Made by a program: the position numbers and the translations under genes
Part shown: one piece after another, positions 22,838 to 32,816 of the stretch
Layout of the letters: every line of letters starts with the position of its first letter
How positions within the stretch are numbered: position 1 is the first letter of the stretch
NCBI GenBank assembly: GCA_963777605.1
Contig: CAVZRV010000006.1
Coordinates: 1-64,000 of the forward strand
Length of the DNA: 64,000 nt
Source of the DNA: an uncultured Acidobacteriota bacterium
GTDB lineage: Bacteria; Acidobacteriota; UBA6911; RPQK01; JAPXNP01
Direction of reading: 5' to 3'
Notes under the pieces: generated by a model
Databases searched by the model: none
Seen by the model: the letters and a program-made list of their open reading frames with translations, nothing else
What the model was told of the DNA's origin: nothing

Positions 22838-25800
22838 CGACTACGACCGCATTCGTCTGGACAATATCCGCGACTATGGTGAAAAGACTCAGCACTTGGA
22901 GCTCCTGAAGCAGCTCTACAGCGACCGCACGCACTTCGTCTACGAGCTTCTTCAGAATGCTGAGGATGCAGGTGCCCGCAAGGTGGCCATAGAGTCAGAG
23001 AGAGACCGGCTCGTCTTTCTGCATGACGGGAGACCATTCAATGAGGCCGATGTGCGCGGTATCTGCGGTGTTGGAGAGGGAACGAAGCTTCAGGATTTCA
23101 ACCAGATCGGCAAATTCGGCATCGGTTTCAAGTCGGTCTACGCCTATACGTCCTCCCCGGAAATCCATTGCGGCGACGAACACTTTCGTATCGAGCATTT
23201 CGTTCGCCCGTCGCGTGTCGTCCCGGTGTCAATCGACGCCCCTTGGACGACCAAGATAATTCTTCCCCTCGATGAGTCCTCTCGCACGCAATCCTCTGAG
23301 ATTGATCACCGCCTCCGGTCCCTGGACGTTCGCACCCTACTGTTCCTCAGAAACATTGGAGAGATTGCCTGGAGATCTTCGCAAGGACAGGAAGGACTGT
23401 ATCTTCGAACCTCCAAACCGAGGGGCGAAGCACGCCAGGTAACCTTGCTGGGCGAGATCGGCACAGCAGAGCAAGAAGAAGAGAACTGGTTGGTCTTCGA
23501 ACGGCCCGTCGCGTCTCCGCAGGGAGATGTAAACAAGCCGGTCGAGATCGCTTACAGAATCGAAAGAATCGCGCAAGGGAAGAGGATAGGCGAAGAGCAA
23601 ATAACTCGTCTCCATCAGTCACCGCTGTTCGTGTTCTTTGCGACGGAAAAGCTGACTCATCTCGGGTTTCTGATTCAAGGGCCGTTCAGGACCACTCCCG
23701 CCAGAGACAACATTCCGAAAGATGATCTCTGGAACAAGGGACTGGTGGCGGAAGTGGTCACTTTGCTGAACGACTCACTTCACCAGCTGAAGGAAATGGA
23801 TCTTCTGACCGCATCCGTGCTGGAAGTGATGCCGATCCAGGAAGAGGATTTCCCGGAAGGGAGCATGTTCCGGGAGCTTTACGACCGCTTCGCAGCGATT
23901 CTGAGGGACGAATCGTTTCTGCCATCAGTGGGAGGAAAATTCATCACCGCCCGGCAGGCCGTGCTCGGGAGGGGGGGAAGAGATCAGAAAGCTGCTTTCT
24001 TCCGAGCAGTTGAGCCGGCTTTTAGCACCTTCGGAGTCCTCTGCCCGACAAGACTTGTTGTGGTTGAGTGGCCACATCAGTGAGAACAGAACACCGCAAC
24101 TGCACAAGTACCTCATGAGGGTACTTGAGATCAAGGAGTTTACGCCGGAGGACTTTGCGCGGCGAGTTTCCTTGGGATTCTTTGAGCAGCAGTCGGATGA
24201 GTGGGGGCTTGAGTTTTATCGGTTTCTTCTTGGCCAGGAGGCGCTCTGGCGTAAGACTAGCTTCAATTGGCTCCCTTCTCTCCGTGGGAAACCGTTTATC
24301 CGTCTCCAAGACGGACGTCAAGTTAGCGCTTTTGACGACGATGGCAACGTAGCAGTTTACCTTCCTGGCAAGGTCGGAACGGAACTTCCTTGCGTCGCAT
24401 CCCGGTTTGCCGAAGATCCGGCGGCCCGTGAGTTCCTTGAAAGGCTCGGCCTGCACGAACCGAATGTTGTCACCGAGGTCCTCGAGCGAGTACTGCCCCG
24501 GTATGAGGTGGCTGATGTCGAAATTACCGCCGGAGAGAACGCAGCAGATATTGAGCTAATCGTGGAAGCCCTGAAGACAGATTCCAAGGAAAGTCTGCAC
24601 CGCCTTGTCGAGAAACTGGAGGAGACCTATTTTCTCTTTGCTTACAGTGCCGAAAGTGGCGAGTTGTACCGCGTTCGCCCCGGGGATAGCTATGTCAGGT
24701 CCCCTGATCTCGAGGTCTTTCTCTCGGGTAATCCAGACGTGTTCTTCCTGGACGACCGTTACACGACTGAACAGATCGAGGCGTTTAGAGAATTGGGCGT
24801 CCGTCAAACCATAGAAATCACTTGCCGACGGGCAGACGCTAGGGGTTACGTCAAAGTTTACGGTTCTCATGGCAGCCATCAACGAGGATTGGAGGAATTT
24901 GATCCGTACTGTCAGGTCGGACAACTCGATTTTGCACTCCAGTCACCGACGGTTGAGCGTAGCCGTTTCATCTGGGAACAGATTGCTCTTCCCTTGAAGG
25001 CGCAGATTCGAGGCAAAGTAGAGACCTCGACTCGCCAGAACTATGAGAACAGCGAGATCAAACTGGTGAGTTCTCCTTTAGGTACTGCCCTGCTCTCAAA
25101 CGCATGGCTTCCTGATTCTGAAGGCAGGTTTCAAGTTCCAACGGAACTTCGATTGGACAATCTTCCCGGGGATTTCACGCGGGATCCGGGCTTGGCCGCC
25201 CAGCTCGCAATGAAGGACGCGGGCTGGGCGGAACTGGCTAGAAAGGCAGGTTTCGATACCAGTGACCTCGAATTGCTGAGGAATCTTAAGGCACAGCCCG
25301 AAGAATACGAGAAGGTCAAGTCCTGGATGGCGAAGCTGCGAGAGAAGCCAGCCTTCCCGGAGTACCCATCACAATCACCCGAGCGACGGCTCCAAAAGGC
25401 CCGCGAGCGAGCAAGTGAGGCGCCGGGCAAGGAGTACGCGGATCGCCTGCGGAGCGTCCGGACATCGAAGCCGGCAGGAGACAAGGTCACATATCTAAGA
25501 CAGAGTTACACGAATGACGCAGACGAGCTCGTCTGTCAGATCTGTGAAGAAGTGATGCCCTTTCGCGGCAGAGATGGAGACTTCTATTTCGAGGCGGTGC
25601 AAATCCTGGACGACCTCGCCCGGGAACACGTTGCGGCCCACCTCGCCCTCTGTCCCCTCTGCGCCGCCAAGTTCATAGAGCTGGTAAAGCGGGACGACGA
25701 ACAGGTCAACGAGTTAAGAGCCCGCCTCCTGGACGACAACGGCCTCCGCATCCTCATCAAACTCGGTGAAAAGTCTGGAGGGATTCGTTTTGTCGAAAGG

Positions 25801-25854
25801 CACTGGTTGGATATCCGGGCAATCCTGACGGGGGCGGAGCCATCGAACAGCTGA
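22830..25854 (+). CDS. Sacsin/NOV-like HATPase (GHKL) protein with C-terminal Cys-rich HNH-like domain (one frameshift)
   Basis: ELLQNAEDA, HDGRPF, IGKFGIGFKSVY, QGPFRTTPARDN; C-terminal CQIC...HLALCPLC. Confidence 0.82.
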
Positions 25855-26076
25855 TCGAAGCGTATGTTAATGGCGTAGTCAAGTAAGTCGTGGTGGTCGC
25901 CTTGGATACCAGGCATGGGCGTCCCTCCAAAACGGTCGCAAGGCAGAATCACCAGGCAACGTGGTCTGGCAGGATTGGCCTGATTGCTCAGAGACGTGCT
26001 TTCGACGAAGCAATGTGGTGGTCTCATTCGGGAATACCTCGTCTCCAATTGACTGATGGGACTGGCGAAGCCAGCC

Positions 26077-26808
26077 TTACTGTGTAGTTACCAAGAGGGC
26101 AGATGATTCCGGCATTTCGTCCCAGGTTCTCCCTTCCAGCAGCCGGCCCGTCTTCTTTTTGTTGACACCGCCCCATTGTTTGAAAAAGAACGGGACGTTG
26201 GATTCCAGGCATTGATCCCGGATTTCGGTGACCCAGGCGGGATCCATGGGGCGGGATTTGGGGCCCGATTCGCCCCCGACGATGACCCAGTCGATGCCTT
26301 CGAGGTTCGGGCTGGGGAGTGGTCCAAGGAGGGGTTCAAGGGAGAGGAACTTGATCGCTGCATGGGTCTCCCGGAGATCGTCGATTCGATGGGTGTATCG
26401 GGACGTCTCGACACTCACTCCCATCCAGATGTTTTCACTCCAGGACAGTTCTTCGTTCACTGAGCGCAGCCGTACGGATCGCTTCGTCAGAACCTGAAAG
26501 CGGTGCCAGTCGGCCGCGCGCATTGTGTCGAAAACCCGTTGAATGTAGTCGACCGGGACGTCCCGGTGAAAAAGGTCGCTCATTGAGTTTACGAAGACCG
26601 TCTGGGGTCGCTTCCAGGTGAGGGGCAGCGTCAGGGCATGAGGATGAAGCGTGACTTCGAAGCCGTTGGCATAGTTGGGTTGCCCCATCGCCCGAAGCCG
26701 TTTGGCCATGCGCTCGGCATAGCAGTGCTTGCAACCCGGGCTGATCTTGTCGCAGCCGGTCAGCGGGTTCCAGGTGGACTCGGTCCATTCAATTTTCGAT
26801 TGTGCCAT
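26077..26808 (-). CDS. DUF5131 / phage Gp37Gp68 family radical-SAM-like protein
   Basis: [58 protein letters not shown]. Confidence 0.93.
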   Translation of the reverse strand: MAQSKIEWTESTWNPLTGCDKISPGCKHCYAERMAKRLRAMGQPNYANGFEVTLHPHALTLPLTWKRPQTVFVNSMSDLFHRDVPVDYIQRVFDTMRAADWHRFQVLTKRSVRLRSVNEELSWSENIWMGVSVETSRYTHRIDDLRETHAAIKFLSLEPLLGPLPSPNLEGIDWVIVGGESGPKSRPMDPAWVTEIRDQCLESNVPFFFKQWGGVNKKKTGRLLEGRTWDEMPESSALLVTTQ

Positions 26809-26870
26809 CGTTCAGACTCTCCTCTTCTCCTGGTTCATTTTGCAGCGAATCTGTCCTCAATCTCCTTACG

Positions 26871-26898
26871 GATGAGAACCTCGCTCGAGGTTCTCATC
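26871..26898. repeat. Perfect 13-bp inverted repeat with 2-nt spacer
   Basis: GATGAGAACCTCG-CT-CGAGGTTCTCATC between the divergent DUF5131 and ardC genes. Confidence 0.85.
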
Positions 26899-26988
26899 TC
26901 AATCATGATCTGGATTCAGCGACTGCAGCTCCATGTTCTTCTTTTGCAATAGATTGGATGTGGAAGCCCCGGGCACCCTGAAAAGAAA

Positions 26989-26998
26989 TGCACTACAA
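26989..26998 (+). promoter_or_regulatory. TGCACTACAA motif copy 1 (upstream of ardC)
   Basis: Exact 10-mer, five intergenic copies in the window. Confidence 0.7.
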
Positions 26999-27044
26999 CT
27001 GTTATTAATTGTGTCGATCACCCGACTCCCCGGGGTGATCAACC

Positions 27045-27890
27045 TTGGGAAGCGATCCTTACCAGCTGATTACGGAGCAAATCATCGAACGTTTGAAGCA
27101 GGGAGTCGTTCCCTGGCGCAAGCCCTGGTACACGGAGAACCCGAAGAATCTTCTGTCCAAGCGGGAATACCGCGGGGTGAATTCCCTGCTGCTGGGCTCC
27201 GCTCCGTACACTTCCCCCTACTGGCTGACCTATCGTCAGGCTCAGCAGTCGGGCGGGTACGTGCGGCGCGGGGAGCATGCGCAGCCGGTCGTTTTCTGGA
27301 AGTGGATCGCCAAGGAACGGGACGACAAAGAGATCGAATATCCGATCCTTCGCTTCTATCGGGTCTTCAACACCGAACAATGCGACGGACTCGAATCGAA
27401 GATTCCGGAATCCCCCATCGAAAGATTTGACTCGATCGATCGGGCCGAGGAGATCGTGAACGGAATGCTGAACCCGCCGCAGATCGTTCATGCGGGGCAA
27501 AGCGCTTTCTACCAACCGGCGGCAGATACAGTGACTATGCCGCCGAAGCATCGTTTCTTCAGTCTCGAGGAGTATTTTTCGACCCTGTATCATGAGCTTA
27601 CCCACAGCGTCGGCCACCCTTCTCGGCTTCATCGATTCGAGATCGACGGCACCTCGGCCTTCAGCTCCCGCGACTACAGCATCGAGGAGCTCATCGCCGA
27701 AATGGGGGCTTCGTTCCTCTGCAACGAGAGCCGCATTGCGCCACAGACGCTCGACAATTCGGTCGCCTATATCGGGAGCTGGCTGCACTCGCTGGAGAAC
27801 GACCCCAAGATGGTGGTCTACGCCGGTGCCCGCGCCCAGCGTGCTGCGGACTACATCCTGAACCTCGCTCCGTCCAGTCAATACGACTAA
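27045..27890 (+). CDS. ardC: ArdC-family antirestriction/ssDNA-binding protein with zincin-like C-domain
   Basis: PWRKPW, YRGVN, WLTYRQAQ, VFNTEQ, HELTHSVGHPSRL, YSIEELIAE, YIGSW; TTG start after a GGTGAT RBS. Confidence 0.92.
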   Translation: MGSDPYQLITEQIIERLKQGVVPWRKPWYTENPKNLLSKREYRGVNSLLLGSAPYTSPYWLTYRQAQQSGGYVRRGEHAQPVVFWKWIAKERDDKEIEYPILRFYRVFNTEQCDGLESKIPESPIERFDSIDRAEEIVNGMLNPPQIVHAGQSAFYQPAADTVTMPPKHRFFSLEEYFSTLYHELTHSVGHPSRLHRFEIDGTSAFSSRDYSIEELIAEMGASFLCNESRIAPQTLDNSVAYIGSWLHSLENDPKMVVYAGARAQRAADYILNLAPSSQYD

Positions 27891-28011
27891 TGCGACTGTG
27901 GCCGCTCCACAACATCGGGCCGGCCGCGCTCGTCCACTTTTCCTTCTGACACCGAAATCATCGCACCCTAGAAGAGGGTCTGTTTCACAGCAGTCCTGCT
28001 GAGCGCTCAAC

Positions 28012-28021
28012 TGCACTACAA
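28012..28021 (+). promoter_or_regulatory. TGCACTACAA motif copy 2
   Basis: Exact 10-mer followed by AGCTTAAG, upstream of the SSB-like gene. Confidence 0.7.
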
Positions 28022-28064
28022 AGCTTAAGCACTTCCTGGAGTATCACCACTTCAGGTGATACCC

Positions 28065-28367
28065 ATGACTGCCCCGGAAAAGCGATTTCAGGTCGGCAAC
28101 TGTGCCGCCAGTGTGTTCGTCAACGACATCGAGACGCGCGATGGTCCCCGGCAAGTGCGTAGCGTTCGGCTCGAGCGGGTCTATAAGAGCGCGGACGGTG
28201 AGTTTCGATGGACGGCCGTCTTGCGTAAGAACGACCTGCCCAAGGCCGTGATCGTGCTCGAGCAGGCGTTTGAGTACCTGGCGACCTTGCGGGAGCCGTC
28301 GGGGGTGCGACCGGCCCCGACCAAGGGAGGCGGGAGTCGGAACGGGCCCGAAGCGAAACCTTTTTAA
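28065..28367 (+). CDS. Small putative ssDNA-binding protein (PC4/Whirly-like), family recalled from DPANN archaea and some bacterial MGEs
   Basis: PEKRFQVG..AASVF.N...RVYK..DGEF...L..NDLPKA..VL..AFEYL; AGGTGAT RBS. Confidence 0.6.
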   Translation: MTAPEKRFQVGNCAASVFVNDIETRDGPRQVRSVRLERVYKSADGEFRWTAVLRKNDLPKAVIVLEQAFEYLATLREPSGVRPAPTKGGGSRNGPEAKPF

Positions 28368-28368
28368 A
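28354..28368 (+). promoter_or_regulatory. Archaeal-type BRE-TATA promoter candidate
   Basis: CGAAACC-TTTTTAAA ending about 23 nt before ATG 28392, which has no SD. Confidence 0.5.
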
Positions 28369-28391
28369 CCCTTCGGTCTGGAACGCTCCGC

Positions 28392-29513
28392 ATGGAGTTC
28401 CTCCCTCGACTTCTGGCCGACCATCGCTTCGTCGTCGACGCGGCCGTCTATCTGCTTGTTTTCGGGGCGGTCGCCCGGGCGGCCTTGTCGCGTTCCTTTC
28501 CCGGTCGTGAGGGTCGGATCTTGGCCGTTGCCGTCGGCGCGATGCTGGCCTTGGCGCTTCTGTTGGCCCAAAAGCGGCTCGGATTCACGATGGAGAAGCT
28601 CGGACCGGTGGCACTGCTGGTTCTCGGACTCGCGATCCTCTCCATGGTTGGCCTGTTTCTCCATCGGACCGGTCTCCCGACCGCGTTCGTTCTGCTACTC
28701 ACGGCGCTTGTCGGGTTAGCGTTGGCCCAAACGCTTGCGACAAGGCGTTCCGTGTCCTGGATCGAATCCCTGGCGGCGCCGGTCTTTTCCCTCCTGATCT
28801 TTCTGATCGTCCTCTCGTGGCTCTTTTCGGAGCAGCGCGCAGCCGGGGCGATCCGACGTCGGCCCGGGCAGACGCTGGCCCGCTCTCACTACCTGCCGAG
28901 CGAGCCGCAGCTGGCCGACGAAGTTCGTCTTGTGCGCAGGCGGACACTTCCGGAAACCCGGCATGCCGTTCGGGACGAACACCGACTCAAGAAGGATCTC
29001 CACCAGGCCGGGCGACTCGCCGAGAAAACCACACTCTCACCCAAACACCGAAAGCGGGAGGTCGCGTACCTGGAAGATGCACTGCGCCGTACCCGATCGG
29101 TCCGGGAGGCCCACCAACGGATCGTTCAACTTGTCGCGGCAGTCGAGCACATGGACGTCGAATTCCTTCACCTCACCCACCGGGTCGACCTTCGGATGCT
29201 GACCCCCGACCAGCGGCGGCGAATCCAGGAGGCCTTCGAGGAGGAACGGCGACGGATCCGCCTCGAAGAGCATTTGAAACGGATCGACCAGGACACCGGG
29301 ACCCGGGCCGAAAAGCTCGAGAGCCTCCTTGTCAAAGCGGCCGAGGCCGCGCAATCGGGGAACCAGGCTGCGGTCCTCGGCTGGCAGCAGGAAGCACGAC
29401 CGCTCGAGGATGAGCTTCGTCAGGATCTTCTTCAGCTCAAGCGGATCGAGCGGCGCATCCTTCAGCTCCTCCGCCGTCAGATTGCCGATCTCTCGAAGCC
29501 GGCCGGGAAATAG
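28392..29513 (+). CDS. Membrane protein (about 5 TM) with long C-terminal coiled coil
   Basis: Hydrophobic N-terminal 145 aa followed by a charged helical tail. Confidence 0.8.
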   Translation: MEFLPRLLADHRFVVDAAVYLLVFGAVARAALSRSFPGREGRILAVAVGAMLALALLLAQKRLGFTMEKLGPVALLVLGLAILSMVGLFLHRTGLPTAFVLLLTALVGLALAQTLATRRSVSWIESLAAPVFSLLIFLIVLSWLFSEQRAAGAIRRRPGQTLARSHYLPSEPQLADEVRLVRRRTLPETRHAVRDEHRLKKDLHQAGRLAEKTTLSPKHRKREVAYLEDALRRTRSVREAHQRIVQLVAAVEHMDVEFLHLTHRVDLRMLTPDQRRRIQEAFEEERRRIRLEEHLKRIDQDTGTRAEKLESLLVKAAEAAQSGNQAAVLGWQQEARPLEDELRQDLLQLKRIERRILQLLRRQIADLSKPAGK

Positions 29514-29517
29514 GCCG

Positions 29518-29904
29518 CTACTTCACCCACTGGCGCAGGAACAGATAGAGGAGTTCCCAGTCCTCCGGTCGTCGGGGCCTTCGCCCGCGAAAGTGGATCC
29601 CGCGGAGCACCTCGACATCGGAATCGACGACTCCCAGGGCCTTTCCCCGTTTCTCGACGAACTCTCCGAGGCCCTCTGGCAGTTCGTGTCCCGGGGTGGG
29701 GGATTCTGAGAGATCGCAGAGCTGGGAGACGCCGACCTCGAGGGCTTTGGCCAACCGTTTCAGGATCTCGAGGCTGGGGCGGTCCTTGCCGCCGTGTTCG
29801 AGCTGCCAGAGATAGCCGCGAGAGATACCGGCCTCACGGGCCAGTCGTGCCGAACTCCAACCCTTCTCCCGGCGCAGCCGCTCGATCATCCCAGGCAGAT
29901 CCAT
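29518..29904 (-). CDS. XRE-family HTH transcriptional regulator
   Basis: LRREKGWSSARLAREAGISRGYLWQLEHG...PSLEILKRLAKAL. Confidence 0.9.
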   Translation of the reverse strand: MDLPGMIERLRREKGWSSARLAREAGISRGYLWQLEHGGKDRPSLEILKRLAKALEVGVSQLCDLSESPTPGHELPEGLGEFVEKRGKALGVVDSDVEVLRGIHFRGRRPRRPEDWELLYLFLRQWVK

Positions 29905-30020
29905 CGCCCAGAAGATACGAATGTTCTCCAGAAGATGCAAGAACGATTGCCTCGGCAATCAGATGAATGTATTCTGTACTGCTCACTTCTTGTCTATATA
30001 GAAAACAATAGGAGGACTCG

Positions 30021-30314
30021 ATGGACTCACTCGAAACCCTGGTTCAGGAACACTTCGGAATATTGCTGATCGTTGCTCTGTTTCTCGTCTTCGGCGGCAT
30101 CGGCCGGATTGCGTTCTGGCGCGAGCGGGACGGGTTGCGGGTCGGAGGGCCACTGGTTTTGGGCCTGGCGCTCCTTTTGACTCCGGCCCTGTTTTTCTGG
30201 GCGCAGGAGCGCCACTATTCGGTCGCCGATTTGGGACTGATCGCGCTGCTGCTCGTTTTTGAGGCGATCGTCATTCTGGCCGTCGGAGCCTTCTGGAAAG
30301 GGCTTCGCGGCTAG
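30021..30314 (+). CDS. Small membrane protein (3 TM)
   Basis: AGGAGG RBS; hydrophobic segments. Confidence 0.75.
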   Translation: MDSLETLVQEHFGILLIVALFLVFGGIGRIAFWRERDGLRVGGPLVLGLALLLTPALFFWAQERHYSVADLGLIALLLVFEAIVILAVGAFWKGLRG

Positions 30315-30332
30315 CTTTGGGGTCCGAAGAAC

Positions 30333-30348
30333 CGAAAGGTATTTAAAC
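30333..30348 (+). promoter_or_regulatory. Archaeal-type BRE-TATA promoter candidate
   Basis: CGAAAGGTATTTAAAC about 31 nt upstream of ATG 30380, which has a GGTGAT RBS. Confidence 0.5.
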
Positions 30349-30379
30349 TTCGAAGCGTTTCTCTTGGCCGGTGATAACC

Positions 30380-30592
30380 ATGAACAACTACCGGCGAATG
30401 GAAACACACTGGACGCGCATCCGCACCGAAAGCGAACGGATCCGGGAGTACGAGCCTTCGCTCTACACGGCTTATCAGCCGAACTATGCAGCCGATTCCA
30501 CCTACCGCCCCCAGGCCGAACCGGCCATCACCCGTTGCCCCGACTGCCATGTGGTAATCGAGGCCGCGCGCCCGCGATCCCAGCTGAGGTGA
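30380..30592 (+). CDS. Small hypothetical protein with CxxC
   Basis: GGTGAT RBS; CPDC; stop overlaps the next GTG start. Confidence 0.55.
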   Translation: MNNYRRMETHWTRIRTESERIREYEPSLYTAYQPNYAADSTYRPQAEPAITRCPDCHVVIEAARPRSQLR

Positions 30593-31131
30593 TTCCGATC
30601 GAGGCCGAGCAGCTGTTACGGATCTGGGAGGAGCGTCGCCGAAACCTCCGCGCCGATATTGCCCGGACTGCCGGGCGAGGCGCACCGCTTGACGACCTGA
30701 TGCAGGACCTCTTCTTGAAGGTTTATCGCCGCCGGGAGCGGATTCAACCGGAGCGGGCTATTCCCTACCTTCGTCAGGCCGCCACCAACCTCGGCCGGGA
30801 CTATCAGCGGATGACCTATCGTCGCCTGCCCTACCAGGGAGAGATGCCCGAGGAGATCGTCTCGGAAGAAGCCGATCCCGAGACGCAGTATGCCCGGAGC
30901 GAGCGCTCGAAGCGCTTCTATGAAGCGGTCCTGCCGGTTATCGAGGGGCTCGGGCCGGATCGGATCCAGGCGCTTGAGGCCTTTGTTTCCGACCTGCCGC
31001 GCTCTCGGGCGGCCGAGGAACTCGGGGTCAACTACAATACGCTTCGCAATCGCGAACTCTCGGCCCTCCAGGAACTGCGCGAGACACTGGCCGGATACGA
31101 CGCCAACCCCTCCGACGGCTACCGGAGCTGA
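30589..31131 (+). CDS. ECF-like sigma70 family factor
   Basis: Region 2 'DDLMQDLFLKVY...YLRQAATNLGRD' and region 4 HTH 'RAAEELGVNYNTLRNR...ALQELR'. Confidence 0.75.
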   Translation: MIPIEAEQLLRIWEERRRNLRADIARTAGRGAPLDDLMQDLFLKVYRRRERIQPERAIPYLRQAATNLGRDYQRMTYRRLPYQGEMPEEIVSEEADPETQYARSERSKRFYEAVLPVIEGLGPDRIQALEAFVSDLPRSRAAEELGVNYNTLRNRELSALQELRETLAGYDANPSDGYRS

Positions 31132-31135
31132 AGGC

Positions 31136-31145
31136 TGCACTACAA
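31136..31145 (+). promoter_or_regulatory. TGCACTACAA motif copy 3
   Basis: Exact 10-mer right after the sigma stop, 42 nt before ATG 31178. Confidence 0.7.
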
Positions 31146-31177
31146 AGCATTTGAGGGTGAGCGAATGCAGCTCAGAC

Positions 31178-31483
31178 ATGGAGCACTCCGAAGAAGGCCA
31201 GGCAAAACACTTTTCGAATCCGGACAGCGACGACGCCACCCGTGAACTCCTTCACTGGTCCCGGACCACTGCGGAGCTTCGTGAAGCCGTCTCTTACCTG
31301 ATCGCGCATCGCGAAGCCCTGCGGGACGCGGAACTTCAACGGCTTACCACAGAGGCCCGGACGCTTCTTTCACGGCTTTCGGAGCTCCGCCAGGAGGCCC
31401 TGCTCGAAGAGATCCGCTGTTTCAAGGACGTCTTGCTCCTGCACCGAAAAGCCTTGACGGAGCATGACCGCAAATCCGACTGA
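31178..31483 (+). CDS. Small helical hypothetical protein
   Basis: ORF between motif copy 3 and the ATPase, overlapping the ATPase start. Confidence 0.55.
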   Translation: MEHSEEGQAKHFSNPDSDDATRELLHWSRTTAELREAVSYLIAHREALRDAELQRLTTEARTLLSRLSELRQEALLEEIRCFKDVLLLHRKALTEHDRKSD

Positions 31484-32816
31484 GGAGAAACTCCGCAAAC
31501 TCGCTTCGGTCGATCCGGAGGCGGCCCGAAACGCCTGGTTGTTCTTTCTGGCCGCGGAAGGACCCGAACGGCAGGCGGCCGACGATCTCCTCGATCTGCT
31601 GCTCTATCAGGCCATCGACGCCGATTATGAGCGCCGCATCCTGCTCGATCCGCCCCCGGCCGGACTCTGCGACGGGCAGTATCGGCTCGGGACGGTGCTC
31701 TATCCCTCGGGTCGCGCCTTCGCTCCCTTTGGGATTCGGGAAGAGGAATGGATCAAGCACATTCTGATCGTCGGGATGACGGGAAGCGGCAAGACCAATC
31801 TCGGATTTCTTATCCTCCGCGAATTATGGCGTCAGCAAAAGCCAACCTTGGTCTTTGACTGGAAGCGCAACTACCGGGATCTTCTGCAACTTCCCGAGAT
31901 GCAGGAGGCCCGCGTTTACACGATCGGACGGGACATCCTCCCACTACGTTTCAATCCACTGCTTCCCCCGCCCGGGACCAAACCGGGCGAATGGATCATG
32001 CGCCTGGTCGATGTCGTCAAGCACGCTTACTTCGTCGGCGAAGGGGTCGAATATCTCCTCCGAGAAGCTATCGACCGCGTCTACCAGGAGTGCGGCCTTT
32101 TCGAAGAAACACCCCGCCAATCGCCCAATTTCTTCCAGGTTCGGGCCTATGTCACGGCCAAGCGGCTTCAGGGCCGTATGTCGCTCTGGAAAGCCTCAGC
32201 TGTTCGGGTCCTGGAGAGCCTCTGCTTTACGCACGGGCTGGGACCAGTCGTCAACACGAACGCGCCCTGGGCCCACCGGGAGATTCTGTCCCGGCCCGTC
32301 ATTCTGGAACTCGACGCACTTTCCGATGCCGACAAAATCTTCTTCACCGAAGCGCTCATCCTATGGATCTATGAAATGCGCAAGGCCGAGCCCAAGCGGG
32401 AGATCTTCAAGCACGCTCTTCTGATCGAAGAAGGACACCACGTGCTCTCCCAGGCCAAGGAGAACCACGAAGGGGTCGAGACGATCATGGAAACGAGCCT
32501 TCGTCAGATCCGCGAGTTCGGCGAAGCCGTGATCGTGATCGACCAGGAACCGACCAAGCTCAGCAACTCAATCAAGGCCAATACCTACACCAAGTTCGTC
32601 TTCAATCTCGGAAACGGCCGGGACAAGGAGGACATCGCGCGCTGTCTCGGACTCGATGACGAGGAGCGACTCTACATCGACCGCCTGGGCGTAGGCGAAG
32701 CCGTCGTCTCGACCAAGCGTCCGGGCCTGGTTCCGCTCCATGTGCGGAACCCTCTGGCCGGAGTCCGCAAAGGAATCATCACAGACCTTCGACTGTCGGA
32801 ATCTCGCGAGTCCTGA
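31464..32816 (+). CDS. HerA/FtsK/VirB4-like P-loop ATPase (DUF87)
   Basis: HILIVGMTGSGKT, VFDWK, FNPL, LLIEEGHH, RQIREFGE, IDQEP. Confidence 0.88.
   Translation: MTANPTEEKLRKLASVDPEAARNAWLFFLAAEGPERQAADDLLDLLLYQAIDADYERRILLDPPPAGLCDGQYRLGTVLYPSGRAFAPFGIREEEWIKHILIVGMTGSGKTNLGFLILRELWRQQKPTLVFDWKRNYRDLLQLPEMQEARVYTIGRDILPLRFNPLLPPPGTKPGEWIMRLVDVVKHAYFVGEGVEYLLREAIDRVYQECGLFEETPRQSPNFFQVRAYVTAKRLQGRMSLWKASAVRVLESLCFTHGLGPVVNTNAPWAHREILSRPVILELDALSDADKIFFTEALILWIYEMRKAEPKREIFKHALLIEEGHHVLSQAKENHEGVETIMETSLRQIREFGEAVIVIDQEPTKLSNSIKANTYTKFVFNLGNGRDKEDIARCLGLDDEERLYIDRLGVGEAVVSTKRPGLVPLHVRNPLAGVRKGIITDLRLSESRES

Noticed and set aside
15069-25854. DISARM, BREX or Zorya assignment
   Set aside because: No methyltransferase, DrmA/B, PglZ/BrxC or ZorA/B genes are visible.
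25891-25919. Degenerate copy of the tRNA-Lys 3' end (TGGTGGTCGCCTTGGATACC) as distal att site
   Set aside because: The position at the defence/ICE border is suggestive, but the match is gapped with several mismatches and could be chance.
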